From: Eledone cirrhosa
Lineage: Eukaryota
Direction: 5' to 3'
Assembly: GCA_964016885.1 (NCBI GenBank)
Contig: OZ024740.1
Coordinates: forward strand, 106,702,001-106,766,000
DNA: 64,000 bases
Below are positions 46,175-58,141 of this stretch, one piece after another. Made by a program: the position numbers and the translations under genes. The notes below the pieces were generated by a model. That model saw only the letters and a program-made list of their open reading frames with translations, had not been told where the DNA came from and ran no database searches. How positions within the stretch are numbered: the first letter of the stretch is position 1; each line of letters starts with the position of its first letter.

Positions 46175-47457
46175 GTAGTCCTGATGAATTCTAACAAGAA
46201 TGAAACGCGTAGATTACTTCCCTTGCTTTTATCGAGAATCTAATTGTAATACGTGACGTATTCTATTCTATAGCGATTAGGTCTTCAAAATGTTTATTAT
46301 AAACATACAGAACATTTTCGAATATTCTATGTCTATATTCACATATATATCGCTATTTCAGAGCATTTGTTCCAATTTCTAATTTCTGCCGGACCGGCAA
46401 CCGCTCTTTCAAACCAGTTCCTGTACACAGCTAAGTATTCTATAAGTCTCTAGCTGTGTCATTCTCGATAAAAGCACTGGATATGTAGTCCTGATGAATT
46501 CTAACAAGAATGAAACGCGTAGATTACTTCCCTTGCTTTTATCGAGAATCTAATTGTAATACGTGACGTATTCTATTCTATAGCGATTAGGTCTTCAAAA
46601 TGTTCATTATAAACATACAGAATATTTTCGAATATTCTATGTCTATATTCACATATATATCGCTATTTCAGAGCATTTGTTCCAATTTCTAATTTCTGCC
46701 GGACCGGCAACCGCTCTTTCAAACCAGTTCCTGTACACAGCTAAGTATTCTATAAGTCTCTAGCTGTGTCATTCTCGATAAAAGCACTGGATATGTAGTC
46801 CTGATGAATTCTAACAAGAATGAAACGCGTAGATTACTTCCCTTGCTTTTATCGAGAATCTAATTGTAATACGTGACGTATTCTATTCTATAGCGATTAG
46901 GTCTTCAAAATGTTTATTATAAACATACAGAATATTTTCGAATATTCTATGTCTATATTCACATATATATCGCTATTTCAGAGCATTTGTTCCAATTTCT
47001 AATTTCTGCCGGACCGGCAACCGCTCTTTCAAACCAGTTCCTGTACACAGCTAAGTATTCTATAAGTCTCTAGCTGTGTCATTCTCGATAAAAGCACTGG
47101 ATATGTAGTCCTGATGAATTCTAACAAGAATGAAACGCGTAGATTACTTCCCTTGCTTTTATCGAGAATCTAATTGTAATACGTGACGTATTCTATTCTA
47201 TAGCGATTAGGTCTTCAAAATGTTTATTATAAACATACAGAATATTTTCGAATATTCTATGTCTATATTCACATATATATCGCTATTTCAGAGCATTTGT
47301 TCCAATTTCTAATTTCTGCCGGACCGGCAACCGCTCTTTCAAACCAGTTCCTGTACACAGCTAAGTATTCTATAAGTCTCTAGCTGTGTCATTCTCGATA
47401 AAAGCACTGGATATGTAGTCCTGATGAATTCTAACAAGAATGAAACGCGTAGATTAC
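46175..47457 (+). ncRNA. Five type-I hammerhead ribozymes (core CTGATGA at 46181, 46491, 46801, 47111, 47421)
   Basis: GTAGTC CTGATGA ATTCT-aaca-AGAAT GAAA CGCG TA|GATTAC; predicted cleavage after 46211, 46521, 46831, 47141 and 47451. Confidence 0.88.
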
Positions 47458-47849
47458 TTCCCTTGCTTTTATCGAGAATCTAATTGTAATACGTGACGTA
47501 TTCTATTCTATAGCGATTAGGTCTTCAAAATGTTTATTATAAACATACAGAATATTTTCGAATATTCTATGTCTATATTCATATATATATATATATATAT
47601 ACATAGTGAGTGTGAAAGACCAAATGTCATTATTGAAAGTTTCTGGATTTCGCAAAATACATAATATTTTTTATTTGAGAAGTTAAGATATTTTCCCGCA
47701 AAACTTTGATTGCACTGTTTTGTTTCCACTTATGTATTTTCTGAAAATGTTATTTATTCATTATAAAAATTAAATGATAGCATTCTATATATAAGTGGGC
47801 TTCCTTTATCTGGAAACCAATATTTTTAGACCTAGTCCGCCACTGTATA

Positions 47850-49465
47850 TATCATCATCATCATCATCGTTTAACGTCCATCTTCCACGCTTGCATGGGT
47901 TTGGACGGGAGTTTTCCCACCTGAGGCAAGATTGGTTGTCCTGCTCGTATAGGACCGTCTGGCGGGTTTTCTACGGCTGGATGTCCTTCCTAACACCAAC
48001 CACGTTTACAGTGTGGACTGGGAGGTTTTTACCGTGTTACCCACACGGCCACATTACAGCGTGGACCGTGTGTTTTTTTGTCGTGACACCTACACGTCTG
48101 GCGGGTTTTCTACGGCTGGATGCCCTTCCTAACACCAACCACGTTTACAGTGTGGACTGGGAGGTTTTTACCGTGTTACCTACACGGCCACATTACAGCG
48201 TGAACTGTGTGTTTTTGTTTTGTCGTGACACCTACACGACCTCATTTGTTTCGGGCTGGATGTTGTGGTACCAACATAACTTCACATTTAAGGGGGTGGT
48301 GTGGATGGGGTGGGGGTAGTGGGACGGGGGTGTATTTCGTTAGAGGTGCCTACTGACTGTAGATTTCGCTTTGTACTTAGGCAAGGCGGGTCTTCTGTAT
48401 AACTGTGTAGCGCCAAAGCTCTCGGTCCAGTGACATTGTCTTGGAGAGGTGTAAGTGTGTGAGGTCAGAATTTATCAAGTCGTCCCAGGTTTTTCTGGGT
48501 CTGCCTACTCCGTGGCTACCGTCTATCTTTATTGCCCTGCACTTTTTTATACAGCTGTCGTCTTTCATGCGCATCACGTGACCGTACCAACGTAGTCTTC
48601 TCTCGAGTAAACAACATCTGATCCCTCTTATTCCTAATTTCTCCCTTAGTTCGTTTATGCTTTGTCGTTCACATATATTACTATTACACATCCAGCGGAG
48701 CATGCAAGCTTCGTTTCTCTCCAGTCTGCGTATATCCTCTGCACACACGCCCAGGTCTCACTGCCATGTAACATTGCTGTTCGTATGCAGGCATCATACA
48801 GCCTGCCTTTCATTTTTAGAGAGAACCCTTTAGCGGCCAATAGTGGTATAAGTTCTCTGAATTTTTTCCATCCCGTTCTGACTCTAGCTACTGTACTTTC
48901 AGAGCACCCTCCCCCACTGCTGATTTTGTCACCCAGGTAGCGGAAGCTGTCCACTATTTCTATAGAACCATCTGTGCAATGGAATGAGTTAGTATTCTGT
49001 GGGCACTTGCTGCTACTTATTGCACCAGAGCACCGGCCACATATAAAATCTATATTCTTAGTTAGCTTACCTGTGATCCCACTACATCTTTTATGTACCC
49101 ATACTTTGCATTTGGGACATAAAATGGAGTTTCTGCCTACTCCTTTCCTACACACTGAGCATGGCCATTTCCCAGATGGGACTGGTGCCCTATTTTGATT
49201 CCTACAAACTAGAACTTTAGTCTTAGACAAGTTAACTTTAAGGCCTTTTGATTCTAGGCCATGCTTCCATGTTTGGAATTTCTTCTCTAGTTCAGCCATT
49301 GATTCAGCTATGAGCGTTAGATCATCTGCATATAGGAGTTCCCATGGGCAGCCGGTCTTGAACTCCTCTGTTATAGCCTGAAGGGCAATAATAAATAGTA
49401 GGGGGCTACGGACGGAGCCCTGATGAACACCAACTTTTACGCTAAACTCTTCACTATATTCGTTG
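47850..49465 (-). mobile_element. 5'-truncated RTE LINE with PHD-like Cys-rich insert and (GAT)n tail
   Basis: GVHQGS, LLYADDL, CSVC..CPKC..HKRC..CGRC, FRYLGD and RLRWYGHV. Its 3' UTR is also present as solo fragments at 61900-62063 and 62857-63135. Confidence 0.88.
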
Positions 49466-50971
49466 TTAATTCTAATGCCAATCATTGTCAGTTTGAATCT
49501 AACTGACATGCAAAAATATATATATAGGAATACGGTAAGTCCAAATCATAGTAGATTCAAATATCACAGAGAAAAAGAGAGAGAAAGAGAGAGAGAGGGG
49601 GGAGAAATGAGGTGCAACAGAAAAAAAACATGGATTACAGGTTAAAATATAGTCTAGATAGATGTGAAACAAAACGAGCATGTAGCTTATGGAACACCGA
49701 AATGATTTAGATGTCGGCCTTAAGGAGGACAATAACATTAAGAAAGACATGAACGACACCACAACACTTTGTTTTGAACATTTTGAATATTTTTCAGTTT
49801 TTATTTTACAACCAATAGAAAAAAAACTGAAAAGATTTACCGAGAACCAGGATCAAACTTCAGACCAGGATCACCACCGTCTATGATTCCTCCAACTAGG
49901 CCACCGAGACAGCTAAGAAAGTAAAATGAAAATTAATAATGATAAACCTACTTTCAAAATCAAATAAAAATGTGGTGTCGTTCATGACTTTCCTAGAGCT
50001 ATTAGTAATATTTAGGGTCAACTTGTCAATATTCTGGCCCTTTGGTAACAACCTGATTTAACCACTAATAAAGACATTATAAACATTTGAATTAACAAAC
50101 ACATTTTAGACAGTTTCTGCTAAATCTTACAGGATGTCAAGAGATAAGAGTCAATGACACATCATCATTGTTTTTTTTATTCCCATTCTTTCTCTCAAAT
50201 TACTATTCTTGAGATGTTTCGTTTTCAAAGACTGCCTTCAGTGATCCCCCACCGCCACCAATATCTTGTCATTGTTTGTTTGGTTGATTCTCTCTTTTCA
50301 ACATTTATTTCAAATCACTCACCACTTTTCTTTGTCTCTCTCTGATGCCATGCCTTTCATATTCCCTTCCTCCGTCTCTCTCTCTCTCAGACTACAAAAC
50401 TTTCCACTTTTAATCTGCCTGCCTAGGTCGACCTACCAGAGGTGATGTAAATTCAGGAGTGCGAGTGTACATGCATGTGTCTCTGTGAGTATATTTGCAT
50501 GTGTGTATGTATATGCGTGTGTGTGCACGTGTGCATGCGCACACACGCACACATACAAACACAAACTCTCACATAATTGTCATAAAAAGCACCAAATCAA
50601 ATTCTGAATTATATTGTGTAAGGTTTCATTTTACATTAACTGAAGCCTGTAAAATTACTTAAACACACACAAAAGTGTGTGAATTTGAATGGGCATGCAA
50701 CCTTCTATGTGTGTACATATATGCAAGCACTTAAAGTGTGTAAGTTTGAATGTGCATACAAATTTGCATATGAGCATGTGCACACACACATGTATGTGTG
50801 TGTACAAGAGCAAATGAGAACAGTGAAAGTATTCCCAATATAAACATCAGGCTAAGTATTTATAACTAACATAGTTCAATCACATATGGTTATGAGATTG
50901 CAACATTAAAATAGTAACCTATTTAAGCATTAAACTGTATATGTAGGCTCAAATTTCACTACAGTGAAAGT

Positions 50972-51310
50972 GCATGGCTTAATGGTTACAGCATTGGTCT
51001 TGTAAATGTGAGGTTGTGAGTTCAATTCCCAGACTAGGTGATGTGCTGTTTCCTTGAGCAAGACATTTTATTTTACATTGCTCCAGTTCACTCAGTTGTA
51101 GAGATGAGTTGCAACAGCACTGGTGCCAAGTTGTATCAGCTTTTGCCTTTCCCTTAGACAACATCAGTAGTGTGGAGAGGGGAGACTGGTATACATGGGC
51201 AACTGCTGGTCTTTCACAAACAACCTTGCCTGGACTTGTGCCTTAGAGGGAAACTTTATAAGTGCAAATCCTATGGTCATTCATGACCAAAGGGGGTCTT
51301 TACCCTTTTA
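50972..51310 (+). mobile_element. tRNA-derived CORE-type SINE
   Basis: A-box-like TGGCTTAATGG, B-box GAGTTCAATTCC and CORE-like CCTTGAGCAAGACATTT. Confidence 0.75.
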
Positions 51311-52727
51311 CTCACTACAGCTTTACAATATTATCAATTTATCTCTGTTACGATAAGTTATTAATTCTTTTATTACAATATTTCTAATAAAATTTGTTGC
51401 CTACAATTTTCAAATCATTTTGAAAATAATCAAAATTTTGGAGGGATTTAGTAATAAACTAATTTCCTCATTATTAAATCTTTCATTAACATATTTCTAA
51501 TGAGATACACTGTATTTGAATTAATCAATGACAAATTTAGGAGGATTTACTAAGATATTAAGATAGTATTTGTAACATAAAAGATTTTTATATCAAATTA
51601 TTTAAATAGGATCTCTTTAAAATATGTGATTTTGTTTCATAGAACCTGATGGTTTTGACTGGGTTAGTATCAAAAGCTGGTTACATAAAAGGATGGAAAG
51701 TTTTAAGATAAGTATAAACATTTTAAAAGTTTCATATTGTAGACCCAAGAGTGGATTTCAAGCAATTTGGTATTAGAAGTATTAACCTATATCAGCTGTC
51801 TCCAATCTAGGATCCTTTGACAGCTGGGGGGAGGGGTCTGCAAAGGTAGTTCTAGGGGTCAGTGCACTAAGTTGAAAATTGAAAGTTTAAAGTATTCCAT
51901 TAAAAACATAACATACATGGTATTGGGTATTAATTCTTCTCTAAGTATATTTCTCTCTTTTGATTGATACTCTCACCATATAACAATCTGGCAGTGAATA
52001 GGCAGAGTTGTTAGAAAGTCAGATAGAGTGCTTTGTGATATTTGTTCTGCATTCAAATCCCACCAATGTCAACTTTGCCTTTCATCCTTTCAAGGGTGAT
52101 AAAAACGTACCAGTCAAGTTCTGGGGGTTGATACTTCCTCTATATCTCTTTCTCACTTCTTCTCTCTCACTTTCTATCCTTCCCTGGAAGAAATCTGTTC
52201 TACTCAGACCTGGAGAGAGATTTCACAAGGCTTAAAATGCCCTAGAAATGCTGTATGTCACTATGGTGCCCCTACAACCACACCATAATCAGGAAAGGGT
52301 GTAGTTGTAGTGGTGGATGAGTCAATGAAAAAGATTTATTTGAATAAAAAGGGATCCTTGACAGTTGAAATGTTAAAAAGCACTGATCTATATAAAGGTT
52401 GCTGGAAAATTCAAAACAAAAGTGAACAACTGAAGACATAATGACCTAGTAGCAAGTCAAAAGAACAGAAGTAATGTCTTGAGTGATGGATTTAATCAGT
52501 TGCTCAGCTTAACACCATTACCTGGCCCTTGGCTGTGACTTTAGTAGTCCCCTCTGTATGGACCTGGTCTGTAGTTTGAAAATACCTTCCTCTCTCCATG
52601 TCCCCAGTCTCAGAGGCTAAGAAAAGTATCATAAGCATTGCCCTTCTTTGACCAAACAATTTTTAAAATATTCAAGCATTAGTGAAAATAATCAGAAAGG
52701 ATGGAGGAGTTAGTAAGGAAGGAGGAT

Positions 52728-53215
52728 GGAGGTATCACTTGGGAAGATGAGTGGAGGTATTACTTGGGAAGATGAGTGGCGGTCTTACTCAGAAAGATGA
52801 GTGGCGATATTACTTGGGAAGATGAGTGGAGGTATGACTTGGGAAGATGAGTGGAGGTATGACTTGGGAAGATGAGTGGAGATATTACTTGGGAAGATGA
52901 GTGGAGGTATGACTTGGGAAGATGAGTGGAGGTATGACTTGGGAAGATGAGTGGAGGTATGACTTGGGAAGATGAGTGGAGGTATGACTTGGGAAGATGA
53001 GTGGAGGTGTTACTTGAGAAGATGAGTGGAGATATTACTTAAGATGAGTGGAGGTATGACTTGGGAAGATAAGTGGAGGTCTTACTCAGGAAGATGAGTG
53101 GAGGTATTACATGGGAAGATGAGTCGAGAAAATACTTGGGAAGAGGAATGGAGATATTACACTGGAAAGAGGAGGATGGTGATATTACTCAGGAAGAAGA
53201 GTGGAGAAAATACTC
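52728..53215. repeat. 25-bp minisatellite (GGAGGTATGACTTGGGAAGATGAGT), about 19 copies, degenerate at the ends
   Basis: Directly visible; lies just 3' of the DDX20 stop codon. Confidence 0.9.
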
Positions 53216-53622
53216 AAGCAAATAAGTAGAGAAACTACATAGACAGAAAAGTGGAAAAAATATAAAAACATAATATATTGTTGAATTTCCCATTTCAAAA
53301 ATTTAATATTAGGCAAAAAATATTCCAAAGCTAAATATTTGATGTATCAAAATAGATAATTTTATTTTTAATAAGAAACAATTATATACATATAAATTTA
53401 CATAGTCTGAAATGGCTCATTACAACTGAAACTTCAAAGACAATGGTGCCATTTTCTTTGGAAAATTAAATCAATACATTTTTCATATGTATTGAGTGTT
53501 CATTCATGTAAAAGAAACAGGTAGGAATTAACAGTATCCATTCAGAGAGGGAATAACTGGGATAAGTACGGGAGTGACAAGCTTCTATGCTTGAAAAAGG
53601 TGAAGGGAAGGAGGGAAAAAAG

Positions 53623-55877
53623 TTATTTATTCGGTAAAACAGAATTTCTAATCATCCACTGAATGTAGTTGTATTGTTGAAAGTATGAACGAGCAATTTG
53701 TTGCTGAGATAATGTAGCATGTGGAATTATAGGGGCACAATTATATGGATTTTGAACAGGTAATACAGGTTGCATTTGTGGAATTGATTGATATGTTTGG
53801 GGCATACAATTGCCCAAAGTATAATTATAGGGATTTGAGAGATAATTGAAAGGATTACCAATCAAAGGGTTGTGATCAAAATAAGTTTTGTAGTATAGCT
53901 CTGTGAAATCCAAGGGCTTGTAAGAGAGAGAATTAGAAAAACTGTCTTCTTCTGATGAAAGATACTCAGAGGAGTCTTCTTCTGATGAAAGATGCTCAGA
54001 GGAGTCTTCTTCTGATGAAAGATGCTCAGAGGAGTCTTCTTCTGAATAGGAACTTGAAATATCTGAGGCTATTGAAGAATCACTTTCCTCACTTGATGAT
54101 ACATCTTGTTTACACTCATCAGGCATTATTGATCTCTCAAGTTGTGCTTGAACTGAACTCAGTTTCAAGTTGCTGCTTTTTTTCTTTACAGGAACATATC
54201 TGGGTTTTGTCACAGACTTCTGTGGTACATCACTTAACTTAGACTTCAAAGAGTCTCCATGGCTTGTAACATTGTGATTCTCACTTTTGATTTTAGACAC
54301 ACAGTTATTTGGACTAAGTTTACTATTAACCTCATCTCTTTTCAAAGAAACTTTGGACAATTTCTCAGAAGTATTAGTTTTCTTAATATCTAAATCATAA
54401 TAGTTTGTTTCTCCTTTATTAACTAGTGTCTTGGCTCCATTGATAACATAATCATCAAAAGGGTTCTCATCAGGGAATTGTGAATTTATCACATCCTTTT
54501 GAGACAGCTCAATGGATACTTCATCACCATCTGATGACAACACTTTGGAGTCTTGAGTGTTATCCTTAGTATCAATGTTGTTCTGATTTTGGTGATTAAA
54601 GGAAGAGCTATCCTGACTATCATAAATCTCTTTTAGCAGTCTGGCAGAAGATTGTTTGTAGAATTTATTCAACATACTACTGACATTTGCAACTGATTCT
54701 AAGCCTAATGAAGTAACTGCAGGTATAAGGGATTCTATATTTTCAAACTTGGGTTCATTGTTATCAATCTGAAAGAATTTGAAACTTTCACAAAGCTCAG
54801 AATATTTGCCAACTTTCTTTGATTTCCTGAATTGAGGAATTTTCCCCCAAGACCAAGGTGAACTGACATGATTGTTAAAAAGAGAGTTTGTGGGTTTTTG
54901 AGATATGGATTCTTGGTGGTGGTTATTGCTTGATACAAGAATATTATTGTCTCTTGATACAATAGGATTAGTGTGGTCAGTAACTGTAACACTAGAAACA
55001 TCTGAAATATGTCCCATATATTCATTAGTATTTCCTATTGATACCACACAGGTAGTGTGTTTCTGTATGTGACTCTCATCTTCAGCTTTTGTTGTGGTAA
55101 TAATGGGATTGTCTTCTTGAAGGTGGTGCTCACTATTATCTACTGTTGGAGTAACAGTGGTGAGGTCTCCGTGTGAGTAACTTGTAGATATAATAATGTC
55201 ATTCTGTCCCTGCTGGTGAAATAGTGTATCATTTGCTGGTATAATCTTAGTTGTGTGTCTTTGTAGGTAACATTCACTCTCACTACTAGTAATATTGGGA
55301 CTAAGTCTATCTTGGCCACACTGATCATATTTCAATGAAATAACATCAGAAACATTTGAACCATTTTCTTGTTTTTCATATTGTTGAAATAGTTCAGTTC
55401 CTACAGGCTCACCATTCTTATTTCCAGTCACTTTGGATGATTCTGAAAGTTCTATAAGTAAATCACTACATTGGCCATTTTCTCCAACAAGTCCTTCACC
55501 AGAAGTTTTCTCTGTTATTAAGCCTCTATTTGCAGTTTTCTCTTTTTCAAATAAAACTGTACTGGTGGTTGTTTCCAAGTGAACTCGTCCAGAATTTGGT
55601 TCCAAAATGTAATTTTTCAATTCTTCACTAGAATTTAATTCCATTTCTATTTCATGAGATGGAGACACTAGACAATTATCAAGTTTATTGGAATATCTAG
55701 AATGCTTTTCAAGATTATTTTTAGATGGGCTTTTTACAGACAAGAAGGAAGATTTTGTTTTTGTATTATTGCAAATTCCATCTTGTTCAGTCGCAATGGT
55801 TTCTGAGAGAACAATATCATCCAAACAAACTTTTGGTGTGGAGATCTTTTCCGATATAATTCCATGTGGTATAGGCT
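53623..55877 (-). CDS. DDX20: DEAD-box helicase DDX20/Gemin3, long terminal coding exon
   Basis: Acceptor ..TTTATCCATATAG|AG CCT ATA CCA. Phase 1 joins the previous exon to give LP-E-PIPHGII, compared with LPDPIP in vertebrate DDX20. The exon is open for about 750 codons to the stop and ends in a Tyr/Gln-rich tail. Confidence 0.8.
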
Positions 55878-56939
55878 CTATATGGATAAAGTAAAAAAAG
55901 TAGAGAACATAACATAAACACATACTGTAGTTTTCAGAGTATAAGATGCACCCAAATTTGAAAGAAAAAGTTTTTTTAGAAGAAAAATATCAGTATTAGT
56001 ATTAATTAGATATCAAAACTAAACTCTGCATGCTTATTTGAGTATACAGCTATACGTATATATGGCTTGTGAAGAGTATACATACATATTAATATTATTA
56101 ATCGATTGGCAGTATCGGTAGAGGGTCGGACGCCATGCTTTCCAGCATAGTTACGTCCCTTTACGATCCGAGTTCAAATCCCGGTGAGGTTGACTTTGCC
56201 TTTCATCCTTACGGGGTCGATAAAATAAAGTACCAGTAATGTACTGGGAAATTGCTGGCCTTGTGCCAAAAGTAGAAACAATTATTATTAATCGACATCT
56301 CCTCTATACTTAATCGACTCCCCCTCCCCCAAAATAGTTGGCCTTGTACCTAAATCAGAAACCATTATTATTATTATTATTATTATATTCATGCCTTCTG
56401 TGTATATGACATAGAAAGATTTTGACATAAAGTGCTTTGGTGATGTTCCAGGTTCCAATTGTCAAAGTTTGCTCCCCTCCGGACCCTCTTTGGAGTCTCT
56501 AGATATGCATCCATCCTGTCTCCCAGGACAGGTTGCAGGCCTATTGCCAGTTTTTGCGGCATGAAATGGAAACTGCAATATATTTTTCGAATAGGCCTCT
56601 CTACCTAAGGCCTGAATGCATCCCTTGTTAACAGTGTGAAGGATGATGCTGTATAGTTCTTTTTTGTTTTCCTCATCATGTTTCAGTTTCAGAGGTCTTA
56701 CTCACACCAGTCACCAATCTGGTACTTTGTCAAACCCGCAAAGACTAGGCTTTTTTAGGGGTGGCCTTTACTTGCTTCATCATAGCTACATCACTGGGTT
56801 GTGAGAGTTTTCTTGGGAGTTACAGGTGTCACCCATTGCTCCATCTCACCTAATAGTTTACCGCTATTGGTCCGGGGTTGCTTATTCGTCTGGCAGTTGC
56901 CCACTTATATCGTAACTAGCCATCATATCTGGTGGCCGT

Positions 56940-57735
56940 ATCGCTACTCACCCATTCTCTATCAGAACAGCTCTACCGAGAAGGTGATCTCCTATTTGCA
57001 CTTGATAGTTTTGATGCCGAGTGCTGCATGGCTGGAATTAAAATCAATGCTAAGAAAACTGAGACACTTGTCCTCTCAAGGAAGCCTATGAAGTGCACTC
57101 TACAAGTGAATGGAGTGCCACTGAAGCAGATGGAGAAGTTCAAGTATCTTTGGGCCATGTTCATGATGGATGGCAAGAGTCTAGATTAAGTGCAAGAATT
57201 GCAGAAGCTGGTGCAGTAATGTGCCATCTTCAGCATTTAGTAATCAGAAGGGAGGTAGGTGTAAAAGCCAAAGTTGATATCTTCAATTTGGTATTCATGC
57301 CAACTTTTACCTCTGGTCATGAATCTTGGGTAATAATCAAAAGAATTTGATCATGAATACAAGCGGCCAAAATGAAGTTCCTCCGAAAGGTCTTTGGAGA
57401 AATGTTACTTGATAGAGTGCGTAGCTCAGTGAGTCTCTCCAGGTAGAGCCGCTACTTCTCCGAATTGAGAGATCATAGCTCCGATACAATGGCCAAGTGG
57501 TTAGAATGTCTCAGGAATGAATCGCTGGACATATTCTATGAGCAAAACCAACTGGCAGGAGACCCAAGAGTAGACCCCGAGAAGATGGTTGGATACCATC
57601 CATGAGCTCGGCTAGTCTCGGTTGGGGATCCAGCTGAATCAATTGGAAATGGTTGCATTTAACAGGAACTGCTGGAAAGTGTGTTTGAGGACACTGCCCC
57701 ACGACCTTCCCAGTAGGCAGAGGAGAAGATGATGT
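56940..57735 (+). mobile_element. Decayed RTE LINE 3' fragment in a DDX20 intron
   Basis: DLLFALDSFDAEC..GIKINAKKTETLV..LKQMEKFKYL and PTFTSGHESWV. Confidence 0.75.
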
Positions 57736-57941
57736 TTGGGTGAAAAAGTTTCCTCTCCCAAAACATCGTACATAAAAACAGAGGTACATATGAATAATCA
57801 GACAAGTTGTATGTGTACATGTACATATCTGTCTATGTATATGTTTTTGTCTTCCTGCATGTGTATTTCTTTGTGTGCATTCCCATCCCCCCTCTATGTT
57901 AATGTCACTATGTGTGCATGGGTGTGTCAAGCACATGTGTA

Positions 57942-58141
57942 NNNNNNNNNNNNNNNNNNNNNNNNNNNNNNNNNNNNNNNNNNNNNNNNNNNNNNNNNNN
58001 NNNNNNNNNNNNNNNNNNNNNNNNNNNNNNNNNNNNNNNNNNNNNNNNNNNNNNNNNNNNNNNNNNNNNNNNNNNNNNNNNNNNNNNNNNNNNNNNNNNN
58101 NNNNNNNNNNNNNNNNNNNNNNNNNNNNNNNNNNNNNNNNN
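57942..58141. other. Assembly gap (200 N)
   Basis: Run of n characters. Confidence 1.

Larger units (their letters stand above)
44675..47580. mobile_element. Non-LTR retrozyme-like array: 310-bp hammerhead monomers in two divergent blocks (44675-46044 minus sense, 46044-47580 plus sense)
   Basis: GAACAAATGC recurs at 44681, 44991, 45301, 45611 and 45921. Reverse-complement units follow from 46044 with the same 310 period, and (TA)n flanks both ends. Confidence 0.9.

Noticed and set aside
44675-47580. Plain satellite, Helitron tandem array or duplicated promoter (GACTACATATCC, TACGTCAC and CCGGTCCGG motifs)
   Set aside because: The GACTAC motif is hammerhead stem I and the others are hairpins of the monomer. 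There are no clear TC..CTRR Helitron termini, and an intact ribozyme in every unit explains the structure better.
52728-53215. Telomere-like or G-quadruplex repeat
   Set aside because: It is a 25-bp minisatellite without TTAGGG units and has only one GGG run per unit.
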